A stretch of DNA of 57,247 nt from a virus (taxonomy: Duplodnaviria > Caudoviricetes): positions 1-57,247 of the IMG/VR virus record IMGVR_UViG_3300030107_006392; one strand, 5' to 3'. A program made the translations under genes and the position numbers. Shown here piece after piece: positions 18,107-27,140 of this stretch. Below the pieces are notes generated by a model. The model saw only the letters and a list, made by a program, of their open reading frames with translations. It did not search any database and was not told where the DNA came from. Every line of letters starts with the position of its first letter. The stretch's first letter is position 1.

Positions 18107-20574
18107 TAACCTTCTCTCCCTTCTTTATCCATCACAGCTTTAGCAATCTCTACGCCCAAACGAGCGCCTTCCATTTTTTCTTTTTCTGCCAGTTCCACGC
18201 CTTGAAACTCTCCTTCAAGAACGTCACTTGCAATACGTGCTCCAATTTGAGCACCTGTAATTTTTTCCTGCGAGGCTATACGCTCACGCTCACGGGCATC
18301 TGTCATCTCCGCTTTGTCCATATCAACCTTGGCTCTCATCATATCAGCCTGAGCTTTGCGCTCTACTTCCATGCGGCGAATATTAAGCTCTTCCTGTTGT
18401 TGCTGAACAATTGGATCTTGAAGCATCTGTTGCGCTTGTTGCTGTTGTACTTCCGCTTGATCCTTGGCAAGAAGTTTATCAGATGCCTGAGCAAGCAACA
18501 CCGACAGTTCTTTTTCCACATCACGAGGCAACGGTTCACCTTCTGGTGGCAAAGGTACACCCAGTTGTTTTTCTATTTCATTTCTATATTCAAACGTCAA
18601 ATGCTCACGTATATGAGATTCAGCAGCGGATTGAATAGCCCCTGCTCTGGGAGACTGGGATACCAATTCCATAATCTTTGGATCTTTTATAGCGTTCATG
18701 TGAACGGTAATGTGAGCCTTGTGATCTTGATAAGAAAAAGCTTTAACAGGTTTTTCGTTAATAAGGTTTTCATTTTCCGTAACAGGATCTGTGGGTTTGA
18801 CATCGTCTTTGTCTGGAACAATTTTGTTTACATCCTGCAAGCCCATCGTCATTAACATCTGCCTGTGCAATTCTGGCAGATCATACATCTGAGGAGCCTG
18901 CGAAGCCAACTGCAAAGCTGCCTGATACTGCATTACCCTTTGCGCCATTGTTGTTGCATTCGGGTCAGAAACAGGAATAACATCTACCCGTCCATCAAAG
19001 TCTTCCGCCCGTGAAGCCCCCGTCTCATATGCATAGTCTGCTGGTAAAAAAGTTTTAATCAAGTTAGATATGATACCAAACTCTTTACGCATGGATGCAT
19101 GAAGACGAGCTTGAACTGCTGACATTACTTTCATGCCACGCTCAATAATCGCAAGCGTAGTACCAACAGGTGCTTCGTTATTCATATCGCTGATCTTCAT
19201 ATCAGCAAGAGAAGCAAACCTTCGGCCTTCCTCTACAATATTCCCCAGCAACTGGTAAAGAACATTGCTGGGTTCTTTGTACGGCATAAAGGTAATGTTG
19301 TCCCGTATAGCTCCACCAGGTACATCCACATCCCTAAACTCGCCTGGCATGATAGGAGTTTCATCTCCCTTGATCCTTAGTCCTCTTGCCTTTAACCCAG
19401 CAGGAAGATTAGACAATGTCCCTGCATCTACCAACTGACGCAGAATAGATGTTGCCGATTTTGTCAAACCGCCAATGCAATGGATTAATCCGTATCCATA
19501 AAAACCTAATGATGGCAAGTACTTATAATGAACAAAATGAAGCATCTTCTTTTTTAAAGGATCTGTTTCTTCCCAGTTGCGATAAATGGAAAGGATTGTT
19601 CCTGAAGACTTGTCCAGTGTTACCACGTAAGGTAACGCTATTCCTGTAGGCTCACCATCTTTTTCATCTTCAAAATTTGCAAGATCAAGATCAACATGGC
19701 ATTCCAAAAGAGTATAGCGATCATCATATTCAAAAGCAGGACGCTCCCCCTGCAAAGCATTATACTGTTCTTGAACTTTAGTATAATCAGGAGATGGCTC
19801 CCCTAATTCAACATCTCGATAAAACCCGCCTATCTGAAGCTTGCGAATTTCGTTCTTTGTTTTTTTCATTACATGGGTATAGCGCCCACAGCTATTTAAA
19901 TCGGAAGCGCCATAAGCTACAACCATATCCTCCGCAGGAACAAACACGGCTGTCGGACGCTCCATATCAGGATCATAATAAACTTTCTTGAAAGCTGAAC
20001 CTGCCAACGGCAATGCGAACAGCATGTTCTCGTGCTCACTCCTGTAATCAGGCATACCTTCCGTAAGCTGATAGTTCATTTCATTCTGGACACGAACCGC
20101 CTGCTCTTCTTTTTCTTCATTGAGATCGCCAATGATTTGTGTACGCACAGGACCTTTCGCAGGAAAGGTTTCCATAATAGACTGCGCCTGAAAACGAATT
20201 ACCGCTTCGGAAAGAACAGGATGAAATACACCACAGGCACCTGGCCATGGCGTTGTCCTGTCTTCTATTTTTAAACCAAGCAGATCCAAACCTTTTATAT
20301 ACGTTTCTTCCCAGTCGCTTCGGGAACTACGATCAGCTTCAAAAGCCCCTATTAATTCAGACTTGATATTTCCCAGTTCCGATTCTTCCAGATACTCCGC
20401 AAGGTTGGAACCAAAATCTTCTTCGCTTTCCATATCGGGATCAAAATCAATAACCATACCGCCATCAGGCGTTTCAATAGATACAGCTTCAGGATTAACA
20501 ATTTCAATCTCAACCTCATCAATAGATGCATCGGCAGGTTCCCCTACTCCAATCATAGCTTTTTCAACTGCCAT
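18106..20574 (-). CDS. Portal protein
   Basis: Start MAVEK at 20574 (822 aa); PWPGAC, GSAFKKVYYD, FYGYGL, DAGTLSNLP; follows TerL. Confidence 0.9.
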   Translation of the reverse strand: MAVEKAMIGVGEPADASIDEVEIEIVNPEAVSIETPDGGMVIDFDPDMESEEDFGSNLAEYLEESELGNIKSELIGAFEADRSSRSDWEETYIKGLDLLGLKIEDRTTPWPGACGVFHPVLSEAVIRFQAQSIMETFPAKGPVRTQIIGDLNEEKEEQAVRVQNEMNYQLTEGMPDYRSEHENMLFALPLAGSAFKKVYYDPDMERPTAVFVPAEDMVVAYGASDLNSCGRYTHVMKKTKNEIRKLQIGGFYRDVELGEPSPDYTKVQEQYNALQGERPAFEYDDRYTLLECHVDLDLANFEDEKDGEPTGIALPYVVTLDKSSGTILSIYRNWEETDPLKKKMLHFVHYKYLPSLGFYGYGLIHCIGGLTKSATSILRQLVDAGTLSNLPAGLKARGLRIKGDETPIMPGEFRDVDVPGGAIRDNITFMPYKEPSNVLYQLLGNIVEEGRRFASLADMKISDMNNEAPVGTTLAIIERGMKVMSAVQARLHASMRKEFGIISNLIKTFLPADYAYETGASRAEDFDGRVDVIPVSDPNATTMAQRVMQYQAALQLASQAPQMYDLPELHRQMLMTMGLQDVNKIVPDKDDVKPTDPVTENENLINEKPVKAFSYQDHKAHITVHMNAIKDPKIMELVSQSPRAGAIQSAAESHIREHLTFEYRNEIEKQLGVPLPPEGEPLPRDVEKELSVLLAQASDKLLAKDQAEVQQQQAQQMLQDPIVQQQQEELNIRRMEVERKAQADMMRAKVDMDKAEMTDARERERIASQEKITGAQIGARIASDVLEGEFQGVELAEKEKMEGARLGVEIAKAVMDKEGREG

Positions 20575-22067
20575 TAATAATACTCCGCATGTCTTGGAGG
20601 CATCCATTCATCTTCCTCATCGGAAGGATTACGAATAAACCCGCCCTGCCTAAACCTCATTAAAGCCTGTGTCGAACTGTCTACAAGGTCATCATGATCA
20701 CCTGCTGGAAAAGATGCAAACTCTTCGATAACTTCTTCAGCCCATCGAGTAGACGGTGCCCATACCATTCCTGAAGCAAACATATCTGCTACAGAATTTA
20801 CCCGTGCTATTTTATCATTTCCTTTTGAAGGGACATACTCCGATACAGGTATTCCCATTTGACGCAACTCAAACACCAAAGGCATACCTGAAGCCTTCCC
20901 TTCAACAATAAATGCATCAGGATCAAAATCCTTCCACATTTCAAAAGCTCGTTTCTTCAACTCTGGAAATTCCATTCTTTCCTTAAACGCATCAAGAAGA
21001 ATAATATGCATGGCATCTTTTTCTTCGTTTAAAAAAACACCCCATGTCGTACAGGCAGAATAATCTGACCTTTCGGTTTTCAGAAAAGCCGTGTCCCAGC
21101 TTTGGATAACAAACTCACAGGGAGGCGGGTACTTGCCCGTCCATTCCTGCCACCATTCCCTTTTTACCAGAGCGCCTTCTTCTGAAGTCGGGTCCTGCTG
21201 GTACTGGGCTGTCCACTTGGACAACGGCAGTTCCGAGCGTAACGCCTCCAGTTCCTTAATGCCCCAGTACTCAGGCCACAAAGGATTGCCCGAAGGCATA
21301 ATAGCAGGAAGCTCAATAACCTCCCATTCATCGGAACCGCTTCGCTTGACGGAGTTATCTATAATCTTTCCCGTAAGATCCCGCTTGCTCCAGCGTGTCA
21401 TCACAACAATAATCGAACCACCAGGCTGTAGTCTCTGTCGAGGACCTGATGTGTACCACTCATACACCCGATCAAAAACTTCAGGATGGTACTGACCTTG
21501 TGCGGCATCCTGTTCCGAATGCGGATCATCAATAATCAAAATATCCGCACCCTTACCTGTAACAGCACCACCAACACCGATAGCAAAGTACTCACCGCCC
21601 TTGTTTGTATTCCAACGCCCAGCAGCCTTGCTGTCAGACTGCAATTGAGACTTGGGGAATATATCTTTAAACCCCTGATCATTAAACAAGTTACGCACCT
21701 TCCTGCCGAAGCCTACCGCCAGTTCTGCCGTGTGCGCTGTTTGAATAACTTTTTTTTCGGGAGACTTTCCTAAAAACCATGCAGGAAGAAGATAGGAAGC
21801 AAACTCCGACTTCGTGTGTCTGGGCGGCATATTGACAATCAGCCTTTTAAGCTTTCCTTCCGCTACCCGTTCAAAGGCTTCAGCCATGGTCTTATGATGC
21901 TTGCCCTCAATAAATGCAGGCCATACAGCTTTTACAAACGACAAAAAATTATGCTGGCTTGCCTCGCGTTTTTTTGCTGTCTCAAGTTTTTCAATAAGAT
22001 CAAGAAGCTCACACTGCTCATGATGAGGCAAAGATGCTATATGTGTCTGCATTGCCTGAAGGTTCAT
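20574..22067 (-). CDS. terL: Terminase large subunit
   Basis: Walker A VNMPPRHTKS, Walker B IIDDP, VVMTRW, YQQDP, nuclease SWDTA and HDDLVDS. Confidence 0.95.
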   Translation of the reverse strand: MNLQAMQTHIASLPHHEQCELLDLIEKLETAKKREASQHNFLSFVKAVWPAFIEGKHHKTMAEAFERVAEGKLKRLIVNMPPRHTKSEFASYLLPAWFLGKSPEKKVIQTAHTAELAVGFGRKVRNLFNDQGFKDIFPKSQLQSDSKAAGRWNTNKGGEYFAIGVGGAVTGKGADILIIDDPHSEQDAAQGQYHPEVFDRVYEWYTSGPRQRLQPGGSIIVVMTRWSKRDLTGKIIDNSVKRSGSDEWEVIELPAIMPSGNPLWPEYWGIKELEALRSELPLSKWTAQYQQDPTSEEGALVKREWWQEWTGKYPPPCEFVIQSWDTAFLKTERSDYSACTTWGVFLNEEKDAMHIILLDAFKERMEFPELKKRAFEMWKDFDPDAFIVEGKASGMPLVFELRQMGIPVSEYVPSKGNDKIARVNSVADMFASGMVWAPSTRWAEEVIEEFASFPAGDHDDLVDSSTQALMRFRQGGFIRNPSDEEDEWMPPRHAEYY

Positions 22068-22122
22068 CTATGCCATTACCCCGACACATACCCAGTGCAT
22101 CCGTATGTAAATTATAAAACTG

Positions 22123-22287
22123 TCAATCATTTGATGCCGTCCCTTCACTGGAATAATAAACCAGCACAAACGAATTACATGCGGGACAACTAAGGTTGGT
22201 TACCATGTCATGATCCTCATGATCTTCGATATCATGATCCCCGCCCCATATTAATTGCGTACCGCAATGCCAGCAATCCATCGTCAT
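22123..22287 (-). CDS. Small Zn-ribbon protein, 54 aa
   Basis: Hand translation MTMDCWHCGTQLIWGGDHD...NLSCPACNS; two CxxC. Confidence 0.65.
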   Translation of the reverse strand: MTMDCWHCGTQLIWGGDHDIEDHEDHDMVTNLSCPACNSFVLVYYSSEGTASND

Positions 22288-22379
22288 CTTCTCGCCAGCA
22301 TTACAATGATAACCACCAGAAGGGCGATCTGAATTGCATCAACCCAAGGAACAGCCATAGCATTAGGAATCGCAGCCAT
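22284..22379 (-). CDS. 31-aa membrane peptide
   Basis: MAAIPNAMAVPWVDAIQIALLVVIIVMLARR; overlapping start/stop on both sides. Confidence 0.45.
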   Translation of the reverse strand: MAAIPNAMAVPWVDAIQIALLVVIIVMLARR

Positions 22380-22873
22380 CAAGATGATCTGCTCCAGACT
22401 TCATAACGACATTGTTCCCCATGAGGTTTCTCCCATATTGCTACAGCAAGCGCCCGATCAGGGGAGCCTCCCTTCTGAAGATAGTCTTCGCGCCAGTCCA
22501 TATTAACCCAGCATGTAGGAGTAAAACGAATAAACTGATCCCTTCCCTTCCTGCAAGCCCATAGTCTTTCGGGACAGACAAGCGCCATCTTCTGTACGCC
22601 AATCGCAAACGCATGGTCAATAAACGGACGTATATCCTTGAACGGGGGATTGGTCACCACCGTCTGCGACATGGTCCGTGTGTAATCAAAGAAATTCTGG
22701 CCTGTGGAAATATCCGTGGTCAGAACCCTGCACCCTGTCTTACGCATCTCATGGGCAAACCGCCCGTCTCCAGAACATGGCTCCCACACAGTGCTGTCAG
22801 GAGCCACCCATCTGTTTACCAACTCCTTAACAATACTCAAGGGTGTTGGATAGTTGTCGTGCATCTTTCGCAT
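22379..22873 (-). CDS. Small amino-DNA methyltransferase-like protein
   Basis: YPTP, WEPCSGDG (SAM-binding), VTNPPF (motif IV); start probably 22873. Confidence 0.75.
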   Translation of the reverse strand: MRKMHDNYPTPLSIVKELVNRWVAPDSTVWEPCSGDGRFAHEMRKTGCRVLTTDISTGQNFFDYTRTMSQTVVTNPPFKDIRPFIDHAFAIGVQKMALVCPERLWACRKGRDQFIRFTPTCWVNMDWREDYLQKGGSPDRALAVAIWEKPHGEQCRYEVWSRSS

Positions 22874-23059
22874 TCTAAGCTCTCCAAAAATTAGAGCTGC
22901 CATCAAGTCAGTGCGAGACCTAGCTTGATGGACAGCCCTTGAGTTTTTCATAATAGCAACAAGGAACTTGAAAAAACCCTATTACTACTACGAGCACCTT
23001 ACCTTTGGGAGGTTTAAAAAGATGACATGTACCCACACCACTGTGCAAGTGTATCAAAT

Positions 23060-23347
23060 CTACCCCCCTTGACCTGGTTCTGTCAACTCTTTATGCAGTT
23101 TTTTTCCCAGCCGTGAGTATCCCTCGATATCATCCCAGTGATCATCGGTGTAGGAGCCTGAGATAATCCGCGCCACCTTATGAAGAATATTTATAATAGC
23201 AAACTCATGGGGCTGTATCTCACATCCTTCCTTGTGGATCATCAAAGAGGTAATAAGCTCCGAAGCCAAAGTAAAAGTTTTATGGGCATCTCCATGCGTG
23301 GCTTCCCTTCTATCGAGAAGCCCGCGTATTCTTTCCTCCTCGGTCAA
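23060..23347 (-). CDS. DUF6378-like phage protein
   Basis: R...HG....F...HEFA....KVAR......DHWDDIEGY. Confidence 0.7.
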   Translation of the reverse strand: MTEEERIRGLLDRREATHGDAHKTFTLASELITSLMIHKEGCEIQPHEFAIINILHKVARIISGSYTDDHWDDIEGYSRLGKKLHKELTEPGQGG

Positions 23348-23772
23348 TGGAGCAAACCTTTCCTGTCAACAACAAACTGCTGTCCTACACCAGAACTGAC
23401 AACGCACAGCTTTCCCTTGCCAACACCCATAAACAACGTCCAGTTGTCATTCCTCTCGTTAATATGCAACATGAACGTCACACCATGATGCCCTTCGCCC
23501 CACCAAACAGGCTCAAGACGATGATGGTACTTAATTTTTTTTAGAATATCATCAGGCAATTTACAATCAAGAGACAGATACTCACCTGGTGCAAGCCGAT
23601 TTGAATTTGATTTTGATTTTATTAAGTCCTTAGTACCTGGTACCTTTTTAGGTACAAGTTCTAATCCTGTATCTGTACTAAAACTAGAAGAATATAAAAT
23701 ACCTGGTACTAATATAGTACATAGTACTAGTATAGTACATAGTACAGGTGTGTGTAAAAATAATCTAGACAT
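23344..23772 (-). CDS. Hypothetical protein with signal-peptide-like N-terminus
   Basis: AAGGAGG RBS before ATG at 23772; hydrophobic VLCTILVLCTILV. Confidence 0.55.
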   Translation of the reverse strand: MSRLFLHTPVLCTILVLCTILVPGILYSSSFSTDTGLELVPKKVPGTKDLIKSKSNSNRLAPGEYLSLDCKLPDDILKKIKYHHRLEPVWWGEGHHGVTFMLHINERNDNWTLFMGVGKGKLCVVSSGVGQQFVVDRKGLLH

Positions 23773-24160
23773 GAAACCTCCTTGGTACATGGTACCATTT
23801 TTAAAATATGGAGGACAGATTGCCCTCTTCCCGTAACCAGAATAACAAAAAAGGGGTGGGGGTGTCAACTATTAAAGACTCCTGTAAGAAGAATAGGTAG
23901 GGGGGTATGAAAAAGAAGGAATTGTTTGAGGGGATTAGCGTGCGGTGGTGGCGGGGGAGCCAAGGTCAGCCAAGGGGGGGTCGGGGGTGGGTGCCCTCTC
24001 CCTGCGGGGGCGTATCAAGTGCAGGTGCCAGAAAGATTCGAGCATTGTTCAGCAGTGCCACCAGAACAATTACCTAGCGCTCCAGTGCAATCCGGCACGA
24101 GTGAAACCATCATCGCAGGTGTGGGGGCATGCTCCCCATCATTAGGGGTAGGGGGTGGGG

Positions 24161-24688
24161 TTATTCTGCGCTGTTCCCTGCCAGTAGTCGGGACAGACGC
24201 TGTTCGAGTTCATGTTGAAGCGTTTCGCTGTCGCGATTGTCTTCTGTTGCGATGCGCTCTTGGAACAGTGAACCACCGCCATGCGCTAGCTTGCCAAGCA
24301 GTTCCAGTGCGCGAACACGACTCGCGCTGTTACTGTCTGCACCTTTGCCCAATGCTTCTAATTCAAGCTGAGATATCACGAACTCCAGTCGGGAGTGCGC
24401 GGAGCGCAGTGATTTTGCATCAGCCTGTGCTTCTAACGCTTTTACCCTACTCCTTACCTTATCCTGATTAGCCAATAGTGATGCCTTAGTCCAAATGGTC
24501 TGAGGTGACATGTTCTTTGTGTCGTAACAATTACGATATGCCTGCGATAGAGACTGAGGTTTAGCGTCTGCGTCCTTGCTCACTAATTCGCGAATAAAAC
24601 AGGATTGCTTAGCAGTCAATTTTGTATCCCTCTGTGCCACCAGTGAACCATCTACAAGAACCAAGTGCCCTTTCTTTTTCTTGCTCAT
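24161..24688 (-). CDS. terS: Terminase small subunit
   Basis: LTAKQ..F.......SQAYR..Y......ASLL....V; RVRALELLGK. Confidence 0.8.
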   Translation of the reverse strand: MSKKKKGHLVLVDGSLVAQRDTKLTAKQSCFIRELVSKDADAKPQSLSQAYRNCYDTKNMSPQTIWTKASLLANQDKVRSRVKALEAQADAKSLRSAHSRLEFVISQLELEALGKGADSNSASRVRALELLGKLAHGGGSLFQERIATEDNRDSETLQHELEQRLSRLLAGNSAE

Positions 24689-24991
24689 GTTATACCTCTT
24701 TAAAATTATATTTATCTATTACCACAGGTATATGGATGAGTACAAGCGCCCAAGGGAAAAATGGGATTTTTCTAAACGGAAATTAATTTTTTGCGGAGCA
24801 TTCCAGAACAAATGTCCAATTAAAAAAAAAGCGGCTCTAGGAAAAACTTTTCGCATTTTATAGGGATTATTTCACATCAAATACAACTTTTTACTTGACA
24901 TGCCCTATACGCCCCAAAGAAGCCCATACAAGAGGATTAGGCATTCTCTATGCCCTACTATTCAGAAAGGGTCTTCCGCGATTTTAGCCCT

Positions 24992-25044
24992 TAACTTATT
25001 GAAATCATTACATCTTTTTTAGAGCATTAGCTAAGTACTTGATA
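24992..25044. promoter_or_regulatory. Two IHF-like sites 40 bp apart
   Basis: Minus strand TATCAAGTACTTA (25032-25044) matches WATCAANNNNTTR; TTTCAATAAGTTA (24992-25004) has one mismatch. Confidence 0.45.
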
Positions 25045-25069
25045 TCATTACCTTTTATTATCGCAGGTT

Positions 25070-25097
25070 TTAACCCCAATTTAACCCCCAGTTTAAC
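25070..25097. promoter_or_regulatory. CtrA-type box within three TTTAACCC repeats
   Basis: TTAA-CCCCAAT-TTAAC at 25070-25085 fits TTAA-N7-TTAAC. Confidence 0.45.
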
Positions 25098-25191
25098 CCA
25101 TGATTTGTGTAAGATTTATTTTTGATTATCGTCTAATACGATATGAGAATATCTGTTGCCTACTTAATAAGAAGTATTCCGACTAAAGGGG

Positions 25192-25220
25192 TTTACATAT
25201 TCTTATGAGTGTAGTAGATT
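25192..25220 (+). promoter_or_regulatory. Sigma70-type early promoter
   Basis: TTTACA-17 bp-TAGATT. Confidence 0.65.
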
Positions 25221-25224
25221 GTCA

Positions 25225-25445
25225 GCGAATCCCTCTCGCTAACCCAGTTGAGAACGATTCGCAACTAGAAAGGAGCATAATTAAGCAGTCTATGTGATTT
25301 GTAGGATAGCAAGCCCTGCACGCTGGCACTTGATCCACTGGGGCGATTCGGCAACTACGGTACGAATCAAAATTTGCTAAAACTGGTTTCGGTCACAGTT
25401 AAAAAACCCAAGTTTTCGGGACTGCTTACCTATGTTCCTTTTTTA
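25225..25445 (+). ncRNA. Unassigned structured RNA: 5' hairpin plus a multi-hairpin domain closed by a ~20-bp stem
   Basis: GCGAATC/GATTCGC; AAAGGAGCATA-AT-TAAGCAGTC pairs with GACTGCTTA-CC-TATGTTCCTTT; several internal hairpins; no credible ORF. Confidence 0.65.
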
Positions 25446-25473
25446 CTTCAACCAACTATAGGAGATTACTGCC

Positions 25474-25668
25474 ATGGTTAACCCAATACAAAGCCCAGAC
25501 CAATATGCTCAAACGCTTTTTAAGGCTGGTTACAGGGCCACCAACAGCCAAGATTCAAGTGACATAGTCGAAGGTTTAAAAGCAGATTACGGTTTTTTAA
25601 ATTACAATTATACGCTCGAAGTTTTGAGTGAATTAGAAGAAATCGAACACAAGATGGAGGGAAAATAA
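25474..25668 (+). CDS. Early hypothetical protein
   Basis: RBS AGGAG; 64 aa. Confidence 0.65.
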   Translation: MVNPIQSPDQYAQTLFKAGYRATNSQDSSDIVEGLKADYGFLNYNYTLEVLSELEEIEHKMEGK

Positions 25669-25669
25669 A

Positions 25670-26071
25670 ATGGCATGGATTGATGAAGCAGAAGCCGAAA
25701 TGAGATTTAAAGCGAACTTTAAAACCATGAGATTTAACAAAACAAAATCAGGAACAGTCCAACTAATCGATTCATATGGTCATGGTAAATCTGCGCGAGG
25801 TAACTGGTCATCTGCCCCAGCGACTTTAATCTGTGACGATGGCGATGGGCATTATGATGTCTGGAGGTTTACAGGGAAGCTAGATGATGCAGTAGAGGAA
25901 GTAGCATGTCTTTATACTGGCAATGACGGCCTGTATATTGTGGAGCATGTTACTAGAGGCCGACTCGATGCCGTACCTGTTCCAGACGATTTTTGGATCG
26001 AGGATACCTCCGACAGTTGGAGTGACGTTAAACCAAATTTGGATAAATACCCTCACGTAATTTGTTGGTAA
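25670..26071 (+). CDS. Early hypothetical protein
   Basis: RBS GGAGG; 133 aa. Confidence 0.65.
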   Translation: MAWIDEAEAEMRFKANFKTMRFNKTKSGTVQLIDSYGHGKSARGNWSSAPATLICDDGDGHYDVWRFTGKLDDAVEEVACLYTGNDGLYIVEHVTRGRLDAVPVPDDFWIEDTSDSWSDVKPNLDKYPHVICW

Positions 26072-26085
26072 AGGAGAATACTATC

Positions 26086-27138
26086 ATGGAATATATCTTA
26101 TCAATAGCCGATCTGCCCGACTACATTCGCTTTGCGATGGTGAAGCAGTGTAACAGCATTAAGGGAAAAAGCGTTTTAATATTAGGTCCTGTGGGTGTGG
26201 GAAAATCCCAGATCCCAGTGCAGGTGGCCGAATCCGAAAACTGGAAAGTAGTAACGGTAAATCTGAGCAATTATCAACCAAGTGAAGTTAGTGGTTGGGT
26301 CACTCAAGTTGGCGATACCATGCAACAGCTAATCCCTGATTGGGCTAAACAAATATTCGATCACGCCAATGAGAGTTCCGACAAGACTCTCTTGATTTTC
26401 GAAGAGTTCCCACAGTGTGATATAGACGTACAGAAGTCCACATCGCAAATAATTTGGGATCGAAGGGTGGCAGGTCTACGATTGCCGGAAGATTGCTTGA
26501 TAATTGCAAATGGCAACAGGAAAAAAGATAAATCAGCAGTCAAGTCAATCCCTGAGCATTTGATCTCACGATTCAATATCGTAAACATCGAGGCAGAATT
26601 GGCTCCAACATTGGCACATTTTGCCAAAATCGGTGTTGCCCCAGAAGTGCAGATGTATTTGACCCAGTTCGCGGATAGTCTGCACAAGCATGAGGCAAAT
26701 GGAACATCGTTCCCATGTCCTCGAACATGGGTGGACGTCAGCGATACCTTGAAACTGAAAGCACCAAAGGCCATCGAGTCTGCCATGATTGCAGGAGCAA
26801 TTGGCGTTGGGGAAGGGGCGAAGCTATCTGGGTTTCTCAGAGTATGGAGAGACCTAGTGCCACCGTCTCAAGTATTTGCTAATCCTGAGACTGCCCCAGT
26901 TCCTGAGAAAGCAGACGTGCGATATGCAATGATCGGGAGTCTGGTTGCTTCATGCACCAACAAAGATGCGAAAGCACTCGCTACTTACATCAAGAGACTA
27001 CCACCCGAATATCATTCTGTGGCAGGGGCTACGATCAAGCGAAAAAACGAGGGTGTGTCTGATCCCTCGAAAAAATTATCGTGTAAAGAATTTACAGATA
27101 TCTTAATTCAAACCGCTCAACTTTTAAATGGGGAGTAA
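26086..27138 (+). CDS. MoxR-like AAA+ ATPase
   Basis: RBS AAGGAG, ATG 26086; Walker A GPVGVGKS, Walker B LLIFEE, ANGN, SRF, PCPRTW. Confidence 0.85.
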   Translation: MEYILSIADLPDYIRFAMVKQCNSIKGKSVLILGPVGVGKSQIPVQVAESENWKVVTVNLSNYQPSEVSGWVTQVGDTMQQLIPDWAKQIFDHANESSDKTLLIFEEFPQCDIDVQKSTSQIIWDRRVAGLRLPEDCLIIANGNRKKDKSAVKSIPEHLISRFNIVNIEAELAPTLAHFAKIGVAPEVQMYLTQFADSLHKHEANGTSFPCPRTWVDVSDTLKLKAPKAIESAMIAGAIGVGEGAKLSGFLRVWRDLVPPSQVFANPETAPVPEKADVRYAMIGSLVASCTNKDAKALATYIKRLPPEYHSVAGATIKRKNEGVSDPSKKLSCKEFTDILIQTAQLLNGE

Positions 27139-27140
27139 TC

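Noticed and set aside
23926-24471. 181-aa plus-strand ORF
   Set aside because: Arises from G-tracts and is antisense to terS; no RBS or recognisable motif
25269-25441. tRNA, tmRNA, hammerhead or known riboswitch
   Set aside because: No T-loop/acceptor pattern, no CUGANGA/GAAA core and no aptamer consensus that I can recognise
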